Virus record (IMG/VR): IMGVR_UViG_3300025101_000083
Direction: 5' to 3' (one strand)
Source: a virus
Length of the DNA stretch: 34,619 bases
Within the stretch, counting starts at the first letter, position 1; every line of letters starts with the position of its first letter. The notes under the pieces were generated by a model. It was not told the DNA's origin. It made no database searches and was given only the letters and a program-made list of their open reading frames with translations. The translations under genes and the position numbers were made by a program. This document shows, piece after piece, positions 1 through 9,529 of the stretch.

Positions 1-99
1 TAAACAGAACTTTACATCTTCTACCGCAGAAGCCCATTTACCTAGCTGTGAGAATACTTCTTGAGCTTCTTTACCATAGTTTACTGCTGTCTTGATACC
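1..99. repeat. 99-bp exact direct terminal repeat, copy 1 (identical to 34521-34619); circular-assembly overlap
   Basis: Read directly: TAAACAGAACTTTACATCTT...GTCTTGATACC occurs at both window ends. It lies inside a coding frame that continues across the junction. Confidence 0.95.
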
Positions 100-147
100 C
101 TGAAATACTGCATTTGCTGTAGCCAAAGCTGTGATTGGGTCGATCAT
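1..147 (-). CDS. 5' part (49 codons) of a gene split by the linearisation point; continues at 34520 downward to the stop at 34167
   Basis: ATG at 147-145 overlaps the stop of the upstream gene (ATGA, 144-147). My translation is MIDPITALATANAVFQGIKTAVNYGKEAQEVFSQLGKWASAVEDVKFCL. It runs in frame into TQEESKPSIFKK...MEKELKH, the ORF-track entry 34167..34415. Confidence 0.8.
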   Translation of the reverse strand, partial: MIDPITALATANAVFQGIKTAVNYGKEAQEVFSQLGKWASAVEDVKFCL

Positions 148-1976
148 TGTCCTGTCATCATTCCTTCTCTAACTCCTTGATTACTTCTTTCTCTTTCCAT
201 AGCAGGAGCAGTTATTAAACTTCCTTTAATATAAGGTAAATCTCCTTTTAATGTTTTTCCTAATTTTTTAAAAAATGGACTTCTTGATCTTAATAAAAAA
301 TCTAAGGCTTCTTGTCCTGTTTCAGAATATATACCAGTTCCTATAGCAATGCCTCCTATTGTTAAAGTTGGCTCAACAAAACCAGCAGTTCCTGTACCAA
401 TTGTAGCTAATCTTCTTATATTTTGTTCAGACATACTTAACGCTTCTCTACCACCATAAAACGTACCCTCTTCGCCTAAGGCTTCTGCACCAGCTTCAGC
501 AATAGTTTGACCAGGTATTTTACCTAATCCAAAATTTACTTTATCTCTTGAATTATCTCCTGCTCTAATTGCTTTTAAATAAGCATTAGGAGTAAATGTT
601 CCTAATTTTGAATTTATATCAGACGCTGCTACTTTCATAGCATGAAGTTGTCCATAACCAGAATCTATTTTTGCTAATTGTTTTCCTAAATCTCCATTTT
701 GACTGTAAAAATTTTTCTTTAATGTTTTTCTAACACTTTCTAAGGCAAAAGCCTCATCTAATGTTTCAGGATTTTTAAATAATTTTATTATTTTAGCTCT
801 TAAACCAGAGTCCATTCTTTTAAAATCTTCTCCTGATATTTCTAAAGTTCCTTTAGGTTTACCAGCCATAAAATCAAATTCTTTAAAATTAGTGTATATT
901 TCATCATCTATGTAATCTTGTACTGTTTTTCTTGCTTTAGGTGTTCTTAAACCTGCTTCATTTAAAGAATCTAACACTTCTTTTGTTATTTTAGTACCAT
1001 TTAATGAAAATTTTGTTCCTTTTAATGTTTGATTATATGCCTCATCTAATTGTTTAGCAGCATAATTTAAAGCTGGTCTACCTATAACTTTTGTTTTTGG
1101 TATTTCATTTCTAAAAGGTATTGGCAATGTATCTAATGCTTTGTTAATCAATCCTTCATTAAACTTATATAAAACTTTTTGTTGTTGATTTTCAATTTGT
1201 TTTCCTATTATTGGTAAAAATTTAGCAAATTCTTCTATATTTTTTACAGCCCCTCCAAAAGTTTGTCCTGTAGTGGGTCTAACACCTAGATTACGCATTA
1301 ATTTTTCTGCTTCAGATACTACAGGATCTAACACTTTTCCTGTTCCTGTAACTACAGCTTCTCCTGCTAAACCAGTTAAAGTACCTCCAGCAACTAGTTT
1401 ACCTTTTTCATAAACAAAATCTATTTGATTTTTTTCATCAGTTACTGGAGTTCCTAATCCTTGTGTTGCTCCTACTACCATTGATTTAACAAATTTAGGA
1501 GCTTTTTCAACAAGTTCAACTGTTTTAAGTGCTGTTACAAAACTAGTAGGGTTAAGTATATTAAAAAAAGTTCTATCAAAATCATATCCTTTTTCACCAC
1601 TTTCTAATCTTCTTGCTTGATAAGCATTTTCTTCATCTGCTATTGTTTCATTTAATCTTTTAGATTCGTTTTCTAACCATTTACTAACTTGATTAGGACT
1701 TAAACCAAATCCTGACGCTATTTTTGATAAGGTATAAGGCAATAATTGGGCGTAAGCATCTATAGGATCTTTTAAACCTTTTACTGTTCCACTAGGAATA
1801 TACTTTTCTCCAAAAGGTTTTACATCAAAACCAGAAAGACCAGTAAAATCTTCAGGGGCTTCTTCAACATCAGAAACACCTTTTGATCTTAATTCAGAAG
1901 CAATTTGATCTATTTCTTCTTCTGATAATTTGTTAGGAGTTCTAATTTTTTTACCATCTATTATGTATGTAGGCAT
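144..1976 (-). CDS. large virion-associated protein (putative internal/ejection protein), 610 aa
   Basis: Long ORF at the distal end of the structural operon, after the tail genes, in the position of T7 gp14-16. No catalytic motif recognised. Very AT-rich and K/N/I-rich. Confidence 0.45.
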   Translation of the reverse strand: MPTYIIDGKKIRTPNKLSEEEIDQIASELRSKGVSDVEEAPEDFTGLSGFDVKPFGEKYIPSGTVKGLKDPIDAYAQLLPYTLSKIASGFGLSPNQVSKWLENESKRLNETIADEENAYQARRLESGEKGYDFDRTFFNILNPTSFVTALKTVELVEKAPKFVKSMVVGATQGLGTPVTDEKNQIDFVYEKGKLVAGGTLTGLAGEAVVTGTGKVLDPVVSEAEKLMRNLGVRPTTGQTFGGAVKNIEEFAKFLPIIGKQIENQQQKVLYKFNEGLINKALDTLPIPFRNEIPKTKVIGRPALNYAAKQLDEAYNQTLKGTKFSLNGTKITKEVLDSLNEAGLRTPKARKTVQDYIDDEIYTNFKEFDFMAGKPKGTLEISGEDFKRMDSGLRAKIIKLFKNPETLDEAFALESVRKTLKKNFYSQNGDLGKQLAKIDSGYGQLHAMKVAASDINSKLGTFTPNAYLKAIRAGDNSRDKVNFGLGKIPGQTIAEAGAEALGEEGTFYGGREALSMSEQNIRRLATIGTGTAGFVEPTLTIGGIAIGTGIYSETGQEALDFLLRSRSPFFKKLGKTLKGDLPYIKGSLITAPAMERERSNQGVREGMMTGQ

Positions 1977-1987
1977 TATTAATTCCT

Positions 1988-3406
1988 TTAATTTTCAACA
2001 ATTGTGTATGATGTGCCTTTAGTTGTAAAACCTATCTCTTCATTATAGTATTTATATAATTTAAATAAGTCATCATCTTCTTTAATATTTACTCTAAATA
2101 TATCAATATTTTTATTATAATTATTTTTTAATGTTTTAAAAAGCCTAGATAATATTTTTTCTCTTCCTAAAGAAGATAAAGATAATTTATTACCTTTTAC
2201 TTCACGCATAAAATTTAATTCTTCATTAGAGTCATTACCTCCTAATAATTTCATACTTTGTAATACATTATCTGCTGTTAAAGACTGTATAAATTCTGTA
2301 TTTGCTATTTTTAACTTTTCTTCTTCTGACACAAATGCTTGATTTTTTATTTTTGCTATTTGTTGTTTTATTTCTGCAAAAGTACCACTAAAAGGAGTAC
2401 CATCAATTTTTTTTCCTTGTGAATCTTTAAATGTATTTCCTTGCGCATCTTTATTTTTAAGTAGTAGAACCGCTTTTCTAACACTATCAATAACTGATGT
2501 TCCATTATTTAAAACTTTTTCTACAGTCTCAGCACTCTTAGTTAAAAATTCTTTTTTAAATGGATTTTCTTCATCTTTAGTAGGAGGATGCATTTTTTCA
2601 TACTCTTCAACAAATATTTTTTGATCTTCAGTAGCATTTCCTTTGCGTATATTAAATCTAGCTTCTATGTATGCTTCTTTATTAAATTTTTTATCTTTTG
2701 GGTTAACTTTATACACTAATTTATCTACTGTTTTATACCATTTATCAGGATTATTAGGATTTTGTAATACTGCTTTTCTTACTTCTCCTATACTTTCCAT
2801 TGTGTGTTTACCACCTTTAATTAAATTATTTAAAAATATTATAGGATCTCTAGCATTTTGATAGGCTTCTGTTTCAGATTTTTTAGTTTCAAAAGCATTA
2901 ATTATTTCTTTTTCTGTTACTTCACCTTTTTGTTTAGCAGTTTGTAATTCTTCATAAGTTTTATAAAATTTACCACCAATAAATAAATTTTGCTGTATTT
3001 CAGGAGGAAGTTTTGTTTCCCTGCTTTTATTTGCAATTCTTACCCTTTCAGCTTCTTTAATTAAGTTATGACCTACTAACTGAATATTAGGATTAGGGTT
3101 ATCAATTAATTTAGTGCCTGCTGCTATTAGTCCCTCTGGTGTATTAGGGTCACCAACATTTAACACAGCATCTGTATAAGCTGTTTTTATCTCTTGCAAC
3201 TGTTGAGCTTGTGCTTCTTCTGGTGTTTGTTGTCCAAATAAACGTCTAACACTACCTTGTAACTGCTCTCCACTTTGTGTAATACGCTGTGTTATGGCAG
3301 ACATAGGTGACATAGCACCTCTACCTAGAGTGATAGGTTGTTGTAAAGCATTATTTTGTTGTGTTAATAAACTACTAAACAAACCTTCTGTTATTTCTTG
3401 TGCCAT
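1988..3406 (-). CDS. large virion-associated protein (putative internal/ejection protein), 472 aa
   Basis: Long ORF, same operon and same AT-rich composition as 144..1976. Function inferred from position only. Confidence 0.4.
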   Translation of the reverse strand: MAQEITEGLFSSLLTQQNNALQQPITLGRGAMSPMSAITQRITQSGEQLQGSVRRLFGQQTPEEAQAQQLQEIKTAYTDAVLNVGDPNTPEGLIAAGTKLIDNPNPNIQLVGHNLIKEAERVRIANKSRETKLPPEIQQNLFIGGKFYKTYEELQTAKQKGEVTEKEIINAFETKKSETEAYQNARDPIIFLNNLIKGGKHTMESIGEVRKAVLQNPNNPDKWYKTVDKLVYKVNPKDKKFNKEAYIEARFNIRKGNATEDQKIFVEEYEKMHPPTKDEENPFKKEFLTKSAETVEKVLNNGTSVIDSVRKAVLLLKNKDAQGNTFKDSQGKKIDGTPFSGTFAEIKQQIAKIKNQAFVSEEEKLKIANTEFIQSLTADNVLQSMKLLGGNDSNEELNFMREVKGNKLSLSSLGREKILSRLFKTLKNNYNKNIDIFRVNIKEDDDLFKLYKYYNEEIGFTTKGTSYTIVEN

Positions 3407-3415
3407 GTTTACTCC

Positions 3416-5809
3416 TTATTCTGTAGCAGTTTTAGGTTGTAATATTTTTGCTAACTCTACTATTTGTTGTATCTGATTTGCGTTTACATTACCTTGTTGT
3501 GTAGGCAACCCAAACAGTCCTTTAGCACCAGATGTTAAACCTCTTAGTTTTTCTATTTCTGATAAAGCAACTAATTGATCATATTGTGACCTAGCACTTA
3601 ATCCAGATAGTTCTGGTCTTTGTTGTAGTGTAGCTGATATATCTCTACCAGTAGTTAAACCAGTTAGTGCTGCTTCATCTATCTTCTGCGCCCCTGTTAG
3701 TAAACCAGAACCTAAAGTAGCTTGTCTTTGTGCTTCTGTTAGCCCAAACTGTTGTGCTGCTAATGCTTCTTGTGATCTAGCAGTTTCTTGAGCAGATAGT
3801 ATAGACTCAGCTAATGGATTAACTCTGCGTTGACCTCCTACAGTTGGCATAGTCTGACCATAACCTAGCAAACCTCTCTGTGCTAGTGTACCTAACATTC
3901 TTTCTTGTTCTCTTTGTCTCTGTGGCTCAGTCAATGCTCTAGTAGCTGCTAATTGCTGTGCTGTAGCTTCTTCTCTAGTACCTGGTAATCCTTCAAACAT
4001 TCCTCTAGCTGCATCAAGTTGTGCTGTTCTAAGAGGTTGATAATCAGCACCTACAGTAGCAGTAGCTCCTTCTGGTGCTACAGTTCCTGTTCCAAAACCA
4101 GTAGTAACTGTGTATGGTCTAAATACACTTTCATACTCTTTTTGTATATCTTCACCACGTTCTTCTAAAGAACTTTGTAAAGCTGATAAACCAGCATAAT
4201 CTATACCAGTTCCTATAATGTTTTCTAAAACACCTCCTGCTGTATCACCAAACACTTCTTTTAAGTCAATAAATTTACTAGCTTCTTCTACTACCTTTCC
4301 TACTGCTTCTTTTCCTACAACACCTGCACCTGCTGCTTTTATAATATCATCTACTGCTTTTGTAGCACTCTTTGCATCAGTAATAGTTAAACCACCAGTA
4401 GTAGCATCAATACCTACTTCTCCGCCAGTTAATAAAGGTAAATCACTAGTTAAATCAGCAAATGTTTTTGATTGATCTAATGATGGAACACCTAATCCAG
4501 TAGTAACTCCTTCACCTATTCCTGCTAAAGAATCACCTAGACTACCAAACTGTGGCTCTACAAGAGAAGGAACAGCATCAGCTACTTGTGTAAAACCTCC
4601 AGGTGCAGGATATATTTCTTCAGTTCTTGATAAAAGATCAGTAGTAACTCCTTCACCTAGTCCTGATAAAGAATTACCTCTAGGTATGTTTAAAGTTTCT
4701 ACTGTGTCTGCTTCTAGTATATTATTATCAACTAAATAATCACCAAACTTACCTGATTGTAAAGCATCTACACCATAGGTTACACCATAAGCCATAGTGG
4801 CAGCAAGTAAAGCATCTTCTACATCTCTTCCTAGTGCTAAACTAGTACTTCCTGCTACCACAGCATTACCTACAGCAGTAGCTGCTGTTCCAGTTGCGTT
4901 ACCCCCAGTAATAAAACTTCCTATTCGTGGTGCATAAGCACCTCCTGCCAAAGTAGCAGCTACTGTAGCAAATGTTACTAAATTTTTATCAGAGGTATCT
5001 TGATACAAAGGATAGAAAATAGGTTGATCTCCAACAAACTTAACATTTAAGTCTGCACCACCTTCTACACCTGAATACAGATTACCAAATGATGTAGACT
5101 CTTCACCTCCACTGCGTAATGTGCCACCACCTGCAAATACGTCTACTGTTTCTCCTGTTTTCTTATTGAACAACTCATCCATAGAACTAGGTAGAGTTGC
5201 TATATACATCTTTTCTGTAGCTCCTTGACCTAGAGGTCTACCTGTATCTACTTCCTTAACAGTGCTAGGTTGTACTTCTATTCTTTTACCAACTCCCATT
5301 GCGGTAGTAGGTTCTTCACTGTAATAATATTTAAAATTACCAGTATTAGGATCAGCAATTCTTTCTACTTCTACATTTTGTTTAGTTGTATCTACACTTC
5401 TTTTACCTAAGTCATATATACTATCTACACCAGCTTTAGCAAACTCTTTAGCTTGTTCTTCTATAATATAGTCTAAATCACTAGGATTTACATAATCAAA
5501 CCCTTTTGCTTCTAATACATTATATTGTGCCTTAAATTCATCTCTAAGATTATTAACTCTTTGTTCATAAGACGTAGTATCGTCTGTAACGCTTTCACGA
5601 GCCTGTGACTGCTCTCTTGTCTCTGTAAATAGGTTAGGGCTACTAACGTCTCCAGAGGGCTGTGGTGGGGCTGTGGTGGATTCTGGAGACGTAGCAGCTA
5701 ACCTCATTGCATCTTGTTCTTGTTGTGTTAATCTAGGAGCAACAGAAGGGTCTATGCCTTGTGCAAGTTGCTGTTCTTGAAACATTCTGTAAGCATCTAG
5801 GATACTCAT
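3416..5809 (-). CDS. large virion protein, 797 aa (putative internal core / ejection protein)
   Basis: Largest ORF of the structural arm. Gly/Ala/Thr-rich centre and a Q/A-rich predicted helical C-terminus. Start overlaps the upstream stop by 4 nt. Function assigned by position only. Confidence 0.45.
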   Translation of the reverse strand: MSILDAYRMFQEQQLAQGIDPSVAPRLTQQEQDAMRLAATSPESTTAPPQPSGDVSSPNLFTETREQSQARESVTDDTTSYEQRVNNLRDEFKAQYNVLEAKGFDYVNPSDLDYIIEEQAKEFAKAGVDSIYDLGKRSVDTTKQNVEVERIADPNTGNFKYYYSEEPTTAMGVGKRIEVQPSTVKEVDTGRPLGQGATEKMYIATLPSSMDELFNKKTGETVDVFAGGGTLRSGGEESTSFGNLYSGVEGGADLNVKFVGDQPIFYPLYQDTSDKNLVTFATVAATLAGGAYAPRIGSFITGGNATGTAATAVGNAVVAGSTSLALGRDVEDALLAATMAYGVTYGVDALQSGKFGDYLVDNNILEADTVETLNIPRGNSLSGLGEGVTTDLLSRTEEIYPAPGGFTQVADAVPSLVEPQFGSLGDSLAGIGEGVTTGLGVPSLDQSKTFADLTSDLPLLTGGEVGIDATTGGLTITDAKSATKAVDDIIKAAGAGVVGKEAVGKVVEEASKFIDLKEVFGDTAGGVLENIIGTGIDYAGLSALQSSLEERGEDIQKEYESVFRPYTVTTGFGTGTVAPEGATATVGADYQPLRTAQLDAARGMFEGLPGTREEATAQQLAATRALTEPQRQREQERMLGTLAQRGLLGYGQTMPTVGGQRRVNPLAESILSAQETARSQEALAAQQFGLTEAQRQATLGSGLLTGAQKIDEAALTGLTTGRDISATLQQRPELSGLSARSQYDQLVALSEIEKLRGLTSGAKGLFGLPTQQGNVNANQIQQIVELAKILQPKTATE

Positions 5810-6042
5810 GAGTATGACCCTCCCTCTATTGAACCACCAGATAATGTACCTGATAGTACAACATTTGTAATTGTTGCTGTGCCTGTCACCGCTGGGGAGG
5901 CACTATTAGCTTTCGTCGCAACTGCTGTAGCAATATTATCAAATTCAGTATTAATTTCCGTTCCTTTAACGATTTTGTTTGGATCTCCACTGTTTAACGT
6001 ATCCTTTGCTGCGAAGTTAGTTGTTTTTGAATAATTACTCAT
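5806..6042 (-). CDS. small tail-fibre-like protein, 78 aa
   Basis: The N-terminus (NFAAKDTLNSGDPNKIVKGTEINTEFDNIATAV) has the pattern I associate with podovirus fibre N-termini, and an SPAVTG motif is present. It ends IEGGSYS, like 12613..13155. Confidence 0.5.
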   Translation of the reverse strand: MSNYSKTTNFAAKDTLNSGDPNKIVKGTEINTEFDNIATAVATKANSASPAVTGTATITNVVLSGTLSGGSIEGGSYS

Positions 6043-7658
6043 TATATAGTCCTTCCTAGAACTGAATAAATATCTATCTTTTGTATTGATAGAGGGTTAC
6101 TATCTATTGATGCGTTTACTCCTACTTGTAAAATAGTACCATTTCCTGATAATTGTGTACTAAGTTTGTCAATAAATACAGAAGCTGAATATTCTGCTAC
6201 ATTGTATTCTGCTGTACCATACTCAGCAATGTTTCCTTGTTTTGTTTGTATATCAGCATTATTAAAACTGTTTTCATAATCAAAAGCCCATTTTAAAGCT
6301 AATGTAGTATTAATAGCACCTATGACTGTTACATTAATCTTTTTAGGTATCTTAGTTACAGCAGGATTACCAAAGTCTAAATATGGTGATAAATAACTAA
6401 ATACATAACTAGAACCACCATCAGTAAAGTTTTTATACTCTGCTATACCATTAGGTTGTCCTAACAGTAACCTGTTGTCATTTGTTACCGCTAATGATGA
6501 TGGGTCTATACTATCCCATCTAGTTACTCTGTATGAACCATCAGGTAGTGTTGCTCTTACATCAAAACAAAATGTAAAACCTGAAGCTGGTAAAGTTAGT
6601 AAATAAAATGCTTCTTTCTCATAGTATACACTTCTTATCTCATCTTTGCTCTCTACTGCTACAAGAGAAAGAAAGTTATCTCTTACATTCTTTGACAAGT
6701 CTCTTAGTGGTGCTGACTTCTCTTGTATGGTTCTACCTAGACTTCTTAGACCACTATCAGATAGAAATACTAAATCAGTACCTATAACTTGTACAGAGTC
6801 TCTTGCAATACAACCTGTACCTACTATCACATCATTTAATGATATATTACTTATATCATCTGCATTTTGATATAATACAATGTGATGTTCACAGAATATT
6901 ACTAGAAAGTTATTATGTGCAGCTAGTGCTGTTATCTTGTCACCACCAGGTACAACTTTCTCTAGGTTTAACTGTCCTGAACCTGAACCAGTAAATTCTG
7001 ATCCTTCTAATAATCTACTATGATATATTGTTAATGGATCATTTACTATATTAGCCATCCACATTCTACCAAAAGCTGATAATGCTACGTTTGGTGTAAA
7101 AGTAGTTGCACTATAACCAGAAGGAACACTACCTACATCTACTAATCTTTGAAACCCAAAGTCTCCTGTATGAGAATGACTACCTCCACCACCTGTAGGT
7201 AACTTATGGTATACTAAAGTAGGATGTCCTTTCTGTACTGCATACATGTGTGGACTAAAATTAAGACCACTTTCATATTCTGCTTGTTTAAACTGCCAGT
7301 TGTTATCTGTTATAGTATATGTAAGAGTAGCACTACCATCAGTTGCATATACAGGCATAGCAGACATAGTGCCTTCACCTCTATACAACTTTTCATCACC
7401 ACCACTAATAATAGTATGTGATCCTGTAGCTGTATAATTATCAAACTCTACCATACACTCTGGTAGTGTTGATGTACCACCAGCAGTTGTCTGATACTCC
7501 CAACCTCTTCTAGCAGCCATTCTACCAGACTTATCAATCACAGCATTGTCTGCTTCTAATGTAAATGACAAGTCAAGAGTTACACCAGAGTCTTGTGTGT
7601 TAATACCAAAGAAGCCTGGTGATGTTATTGCTACTGGTTGTATAGGTTTGTTAGGCAT
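6042..7658 (-). CDS. tail tubular protein B-like (nozzle) protein
   Basis: About 538 aa, directly after the adaptor-like gene. I prefer ATG 7658 (TAATG overlap with the upstream stop) over the track's GTG at 7673. Call rests on synteny with the T7 gp11-gp12 order. Confidence 0.5.
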   Translation of the reverse strand: MPNKPIQPVAITSPGFFGINTQDSGVTLDLSFTLEADNAVIDKSGRMAARRGWEYQTTAGGTSTLPECMVEFDNYTATGSHTIISGGDEKLYRGEGTMSAMPVYATDGSATLTYTITDNNWQFKQAEYESGLNFSPHMYAVQKGHPTLVYHKLPTGGGGSHSHTGDFGFQRLVDVGSVPSGYSATTFTPNVALSAFGRMWMANIVNDPLTIYHSRLLEGSEFTGSGSGQLNLEKVVPGGDKITALAAHNNFLVIFCEHHIVLYQNADDISNISLNDVIVGTGCIARDSVQVIGTDLVFLSDSGLRSLGRTIQEKSAPLRDLSKNVRDNFLSLVAVESKDEIRSVYYEKEAFYLLTLPASGFTFCFDVRATLPDGSYRVTRWDSIDPSSLAVTNDNRLLLGQPNGIAEYKNFTDGGSSYVFSYLSPYLDFGNPAVTKIPKKINVTVIGAINTTLALKWAFDYENSFNNADIQTKQGNIAEYGTAEYNVAEYSASVFIDKLSTQLSGNGTILQVGVNASIDSNPLSIQKIDIYSVLGRTI

Positions 7659-8323
7659 TATGAAGGATACCACACTGTTTCTTCATCAGGTCTTCTTGCA
7701 GCTTCTATAGCTATAGCATCTCCTAAAGCCTGTTTAGCTACTGCATACTGACTTGATACACTGATACCTCCGTCTTCACCACGTTCTTCTATTGCTTTAG
7801 CCCATGCTAAAGATGTAATTATATTTTTCTGTATAGCAGTAGTATCTGTATCATTTGTTAGTTCTTCTTCAGGTATAACTAAGTCAAACCTTATTATATA
7901 ATCACCATCAGGAATAGGGTATAAATCTATTTGTCCATCTCTATCAGGGTCTACACCATTAGGATTATAGTATAATGGCGCACCCTGTGTAGGTGTGTCA
8001 GTTAACAACAAACTTTGTATAAAGTATGTTGATGTTTGATAACGTAAAAATACATCTTCTGTATCATTGTGTGCAGAGATGATTCTAAACTTGTTTCTAG
8101 CACCATCTAAGTTGTAGTTAAATGTGCCTTGTTGTGTCGTAAACGATACTGTACTTCTTAGTACATCCCAGTTCCATGCGTCTTCTGTTTCTCTTTTAGC
8201 GTCATTAACTAAAGCACCTATCAAAGAAGAATACCCATTCTGAGACACACTGGTTACTTGGGCTTCTCTGAGCCTAACCAGTACATCATTTACTAAATCT
8301 AAATATGTAGTTGTAAGTGCCAT
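7658..8323 (-). CDS. tail tubular protein A-like / head-tail adaptor
   Basis: 221 aa. The N-terminal LVNDVLVRLRE pattern resembles gp11-type adaptors (VNDIL.SIGE). Sits immediately before the nozzle-like gene. Confidence 0.5.
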   Translation of the reverse strand: MALTTTYLDLVNDVLVRLREAQVTSVSQNGYSSLIGALVNDAKRETEDAWNWDVLRSTVSFTTQQGTFNYNLDGARNKFRIISAHNDTEDVFLRYQTSTYFIQSLLLTDTPTQGAPLYYNPNGVDPDRDGQIDLYPIPDGDYIIRFDLVIPEEELTNDTDTTAIQKNIITSLAWAKAIEERGEDGGISVSSQYAVAKQALGDAIAIEAARRPDEETVWYPS

Positions 8324-8578
8324 TTAGCAATCCCATTTTCTTAGTGCTTTATTAATCCTACTATTAGGATCATTAGCAGTTTTACTACCTGTTCTTTTCT
8401 TTTTCATTCCTTGCATCCTAGCACAGAAACTCTTACGCCTAGATGCTGCCTTGGGTGACTTCTTTGCTTTCTTTCTTGATACTGGTGGTTTTAAGTTAGC
8501 ACCTGTAGTTCTTTTAAAATACTTTCTACCAGCTTCATTAAGACCACCTTTAGGATTTTGATACTTTTTTTGAACCAT
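8324..8578 (-). CDS. small highly basic protein, 84 aa
   Basis: ATG 8578 is preceded by AAGGAAG. The track start at 8593 is a TTG inside that RBS. K/R-rich (KKAKKSPKAASRRKSFCARMQGMKKKR). Confidence 0.6.
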   Translation of the reverse strand: MVQKKYQNPKGGLNEAGRKYFKRTTGANLKPPVSRKKAKKSPKAASRRKSFCARMQGMKKKRTGSKTANDPNSRINKALRKWDC

Positions 8579-8837
8579 TTTTCTTCCTTGCAAATGTTCT
8601 TACATTGGTAGGTTTACCACCTGTATTACCTGCTGCTCTCTTTCTTCTTACAGCAGACTTTCTTTGTGCTTCTGTCATACTCTTAGCTTTAGACCTAGGT
8701 ACACATTTAGGATAAGCTCTCTTACTATCTTTAGTAGACTTACGACCACAAGCCTGAAACTTACCTTTCTTCTTAGGCGCTCCTATATCTACCCAGTCAC
8801 CTTTCTTTCCTTTACCAAACCATTCTTTTAGTGACAT
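8550..8837 (-). CDS. small highly basic protein, 95 aa
   Basis: ATG 8837 has GGAG 9 nt upstream. 31 of 95 residues are K/R by my count. Two conserved-looking Cys (QACGRK, YPKCVP). Confidence 0.6.
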   Translation of the reverse strand: MSLKEWFGKGKKGDWVDIGAPKKKGKFQACGRKSTKDSKRAYPKCVPRSKAKSMTEAQRKSAVRRKRAAGNTGGKPTNVRTFARKKNGSKKVSKS

Positions 8838-8892
8838 AGTAAGCAACTCCTACAGGTATAACAACAATTATAAAAAACATAACTAAACCCAT
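8812..8892 (-). CDS. possible 26-aa hydrophobic micro-protein
   Basis: ATG directly abuts the upstream TAA (TAAATG). Translates to MGLVMFFIIVVIPVGVAYYVTKRMVW. Too short to score. Confidence 0.25.
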   Translation of the reverse strand: MGLVMFFIIVVIPVGVAYYVTKRMVW

Positions 8893-9054
8893 TTATGCGT
8901 AACCTCCACCTCTTTTTTTATACTCCCTTACTAACCAACCATTAGCATAAGCACTAGGATATACATCAAACTTACGTTTAGCTTCTGCTTTGACTCTGTT
9001 ATACAGAGCCTTGTTAGTAGGTGTAGGAGACTTCTTAGACTTTTTTGCTGCCAC
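8893..9054 (-). CDS. small basic protein, about 53 aa
   Basis: GTG 9054 is preceded by AAGGG. Product is VAAKKSKKSPTPTNKALYNRVKAEAKRKFDVYPSAYANGWLVREYKKRGGGYA. The track's longer version (to 9153) overlaps 9035..9220 almost completely and looks non-coding. Confidence 0.45.
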   Translation of the reverse strand: MAAKKSKKSPTPTNKALYNRVKAEAKRKFDVYPSAYANGWLVREYKKRGGGYA

Positions 9055-9220
9055 TTTTAGCCCTTTTTTGTGCTGTTTTAGAAAGTTCTTTAAGATGAAA
9101 AAGTTTTTTACTAGACTTGTTATGTGTTGCACCAGAATGTAATGTACCATCACTCATTTTGTGCATTTTGCCTTTATATTCTTTTCCATCTCTAAAATAG
9201 TGAGCTACTCCCTTAGCCAT
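9035..9220 (-). CDS. small basic protein, 61 aa
   Basis: ORF with K/H-rich product (MAKGVAHYFRDGKEYKGKMHKM...). TAATG coupling to the upstream micro-ORF. Confidence 0.5.
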   Translation of the reverse strand: MAKGVAHYFRDGKEYKGKMHKMSDGTLHSGATHNKSSKKLFHLKELSKTAQKRAKSGSKKV

Positions 9221-9339
9221 TATGCTTTCCTCTTAGCTGGTTTTTTCATTGGCTTTTTAGCCATCATCTTCTTACCACCATAACTTTTATTCATGCCGTT
9301 TTTCATTGGTTTTTTCTTGCCTTTCATCATGCCGTACAT
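9220..9339 (-). CDS. 39-aa lysine/methionine-rich micro-protein
   Basis: Not in the ORF track (under 60 aa). ATG 9339 has GGAGAAG upstream. Product is MYGMMKGKKKPMKNGMNKSYGGKKMMAKKPMKKPAKRKA (14 K, 1 R, 8 M). Confidence 0.45.
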   Translation of the reverse strand: MYGMMKGKKKPMKNGMNKSYGGKKMMAKKPMKKPAKRKA

Positions 9340-9349
9340 AGACTTCTCC

Positions 9350-9526
9350 TTAGCTTAGTTTTAAAATAATAGTAATAAGTATTAATACAATAGAACCAAA
9401 ACAACCAATTAATATAGTTTCTAGTCTTTTGATTTTAGAAAGTGTCTCAGCCCATCTTTCTGCACACACAGCTTCATGTGAAGTTAGTCGTATATCTAGT
9501 TCGTTTAGTAACTCTTCTGTCTTCAT
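9350..9526 (-). CDS. 58-aa tail-anchored membrane protein
   Basis: Not in the ORF track. Product is MKTEELLNELDIRLTSHEAVCAERWAETLSKIKRLETILIGCFGSIVLILITIILKLS, with a C-terminal hydrophobic helix. Confidence 0.45.
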   Translation of the reverse strand: MKTEELLNELDIRLTSHEAVCAERWAETLSKIKRLETILIGCFGSIVLILITIILKLS

Positions 9527-9529
9527 CGT

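Noticed and set aside
1-99. The 99-bp terminal repeat as a genuine phage direct terminal repeat or a mobile-element LTR
   Set aside because: It lies within a continuous, translationally coupled coding frame and is an exact end-overlap, so a circular assembly artefact is the simpler explanation. This still needs read-level confirmation.
9055-9153. Long version of ORF 8893..9153
   Set aside because: The N-terminal part (MMVHYILVQHITSLVKNFFILKNF) overlaps 9035..9220 in another frame and looks non-protein-like. A GTG at 9054 with an upstream AAGGG fits better.
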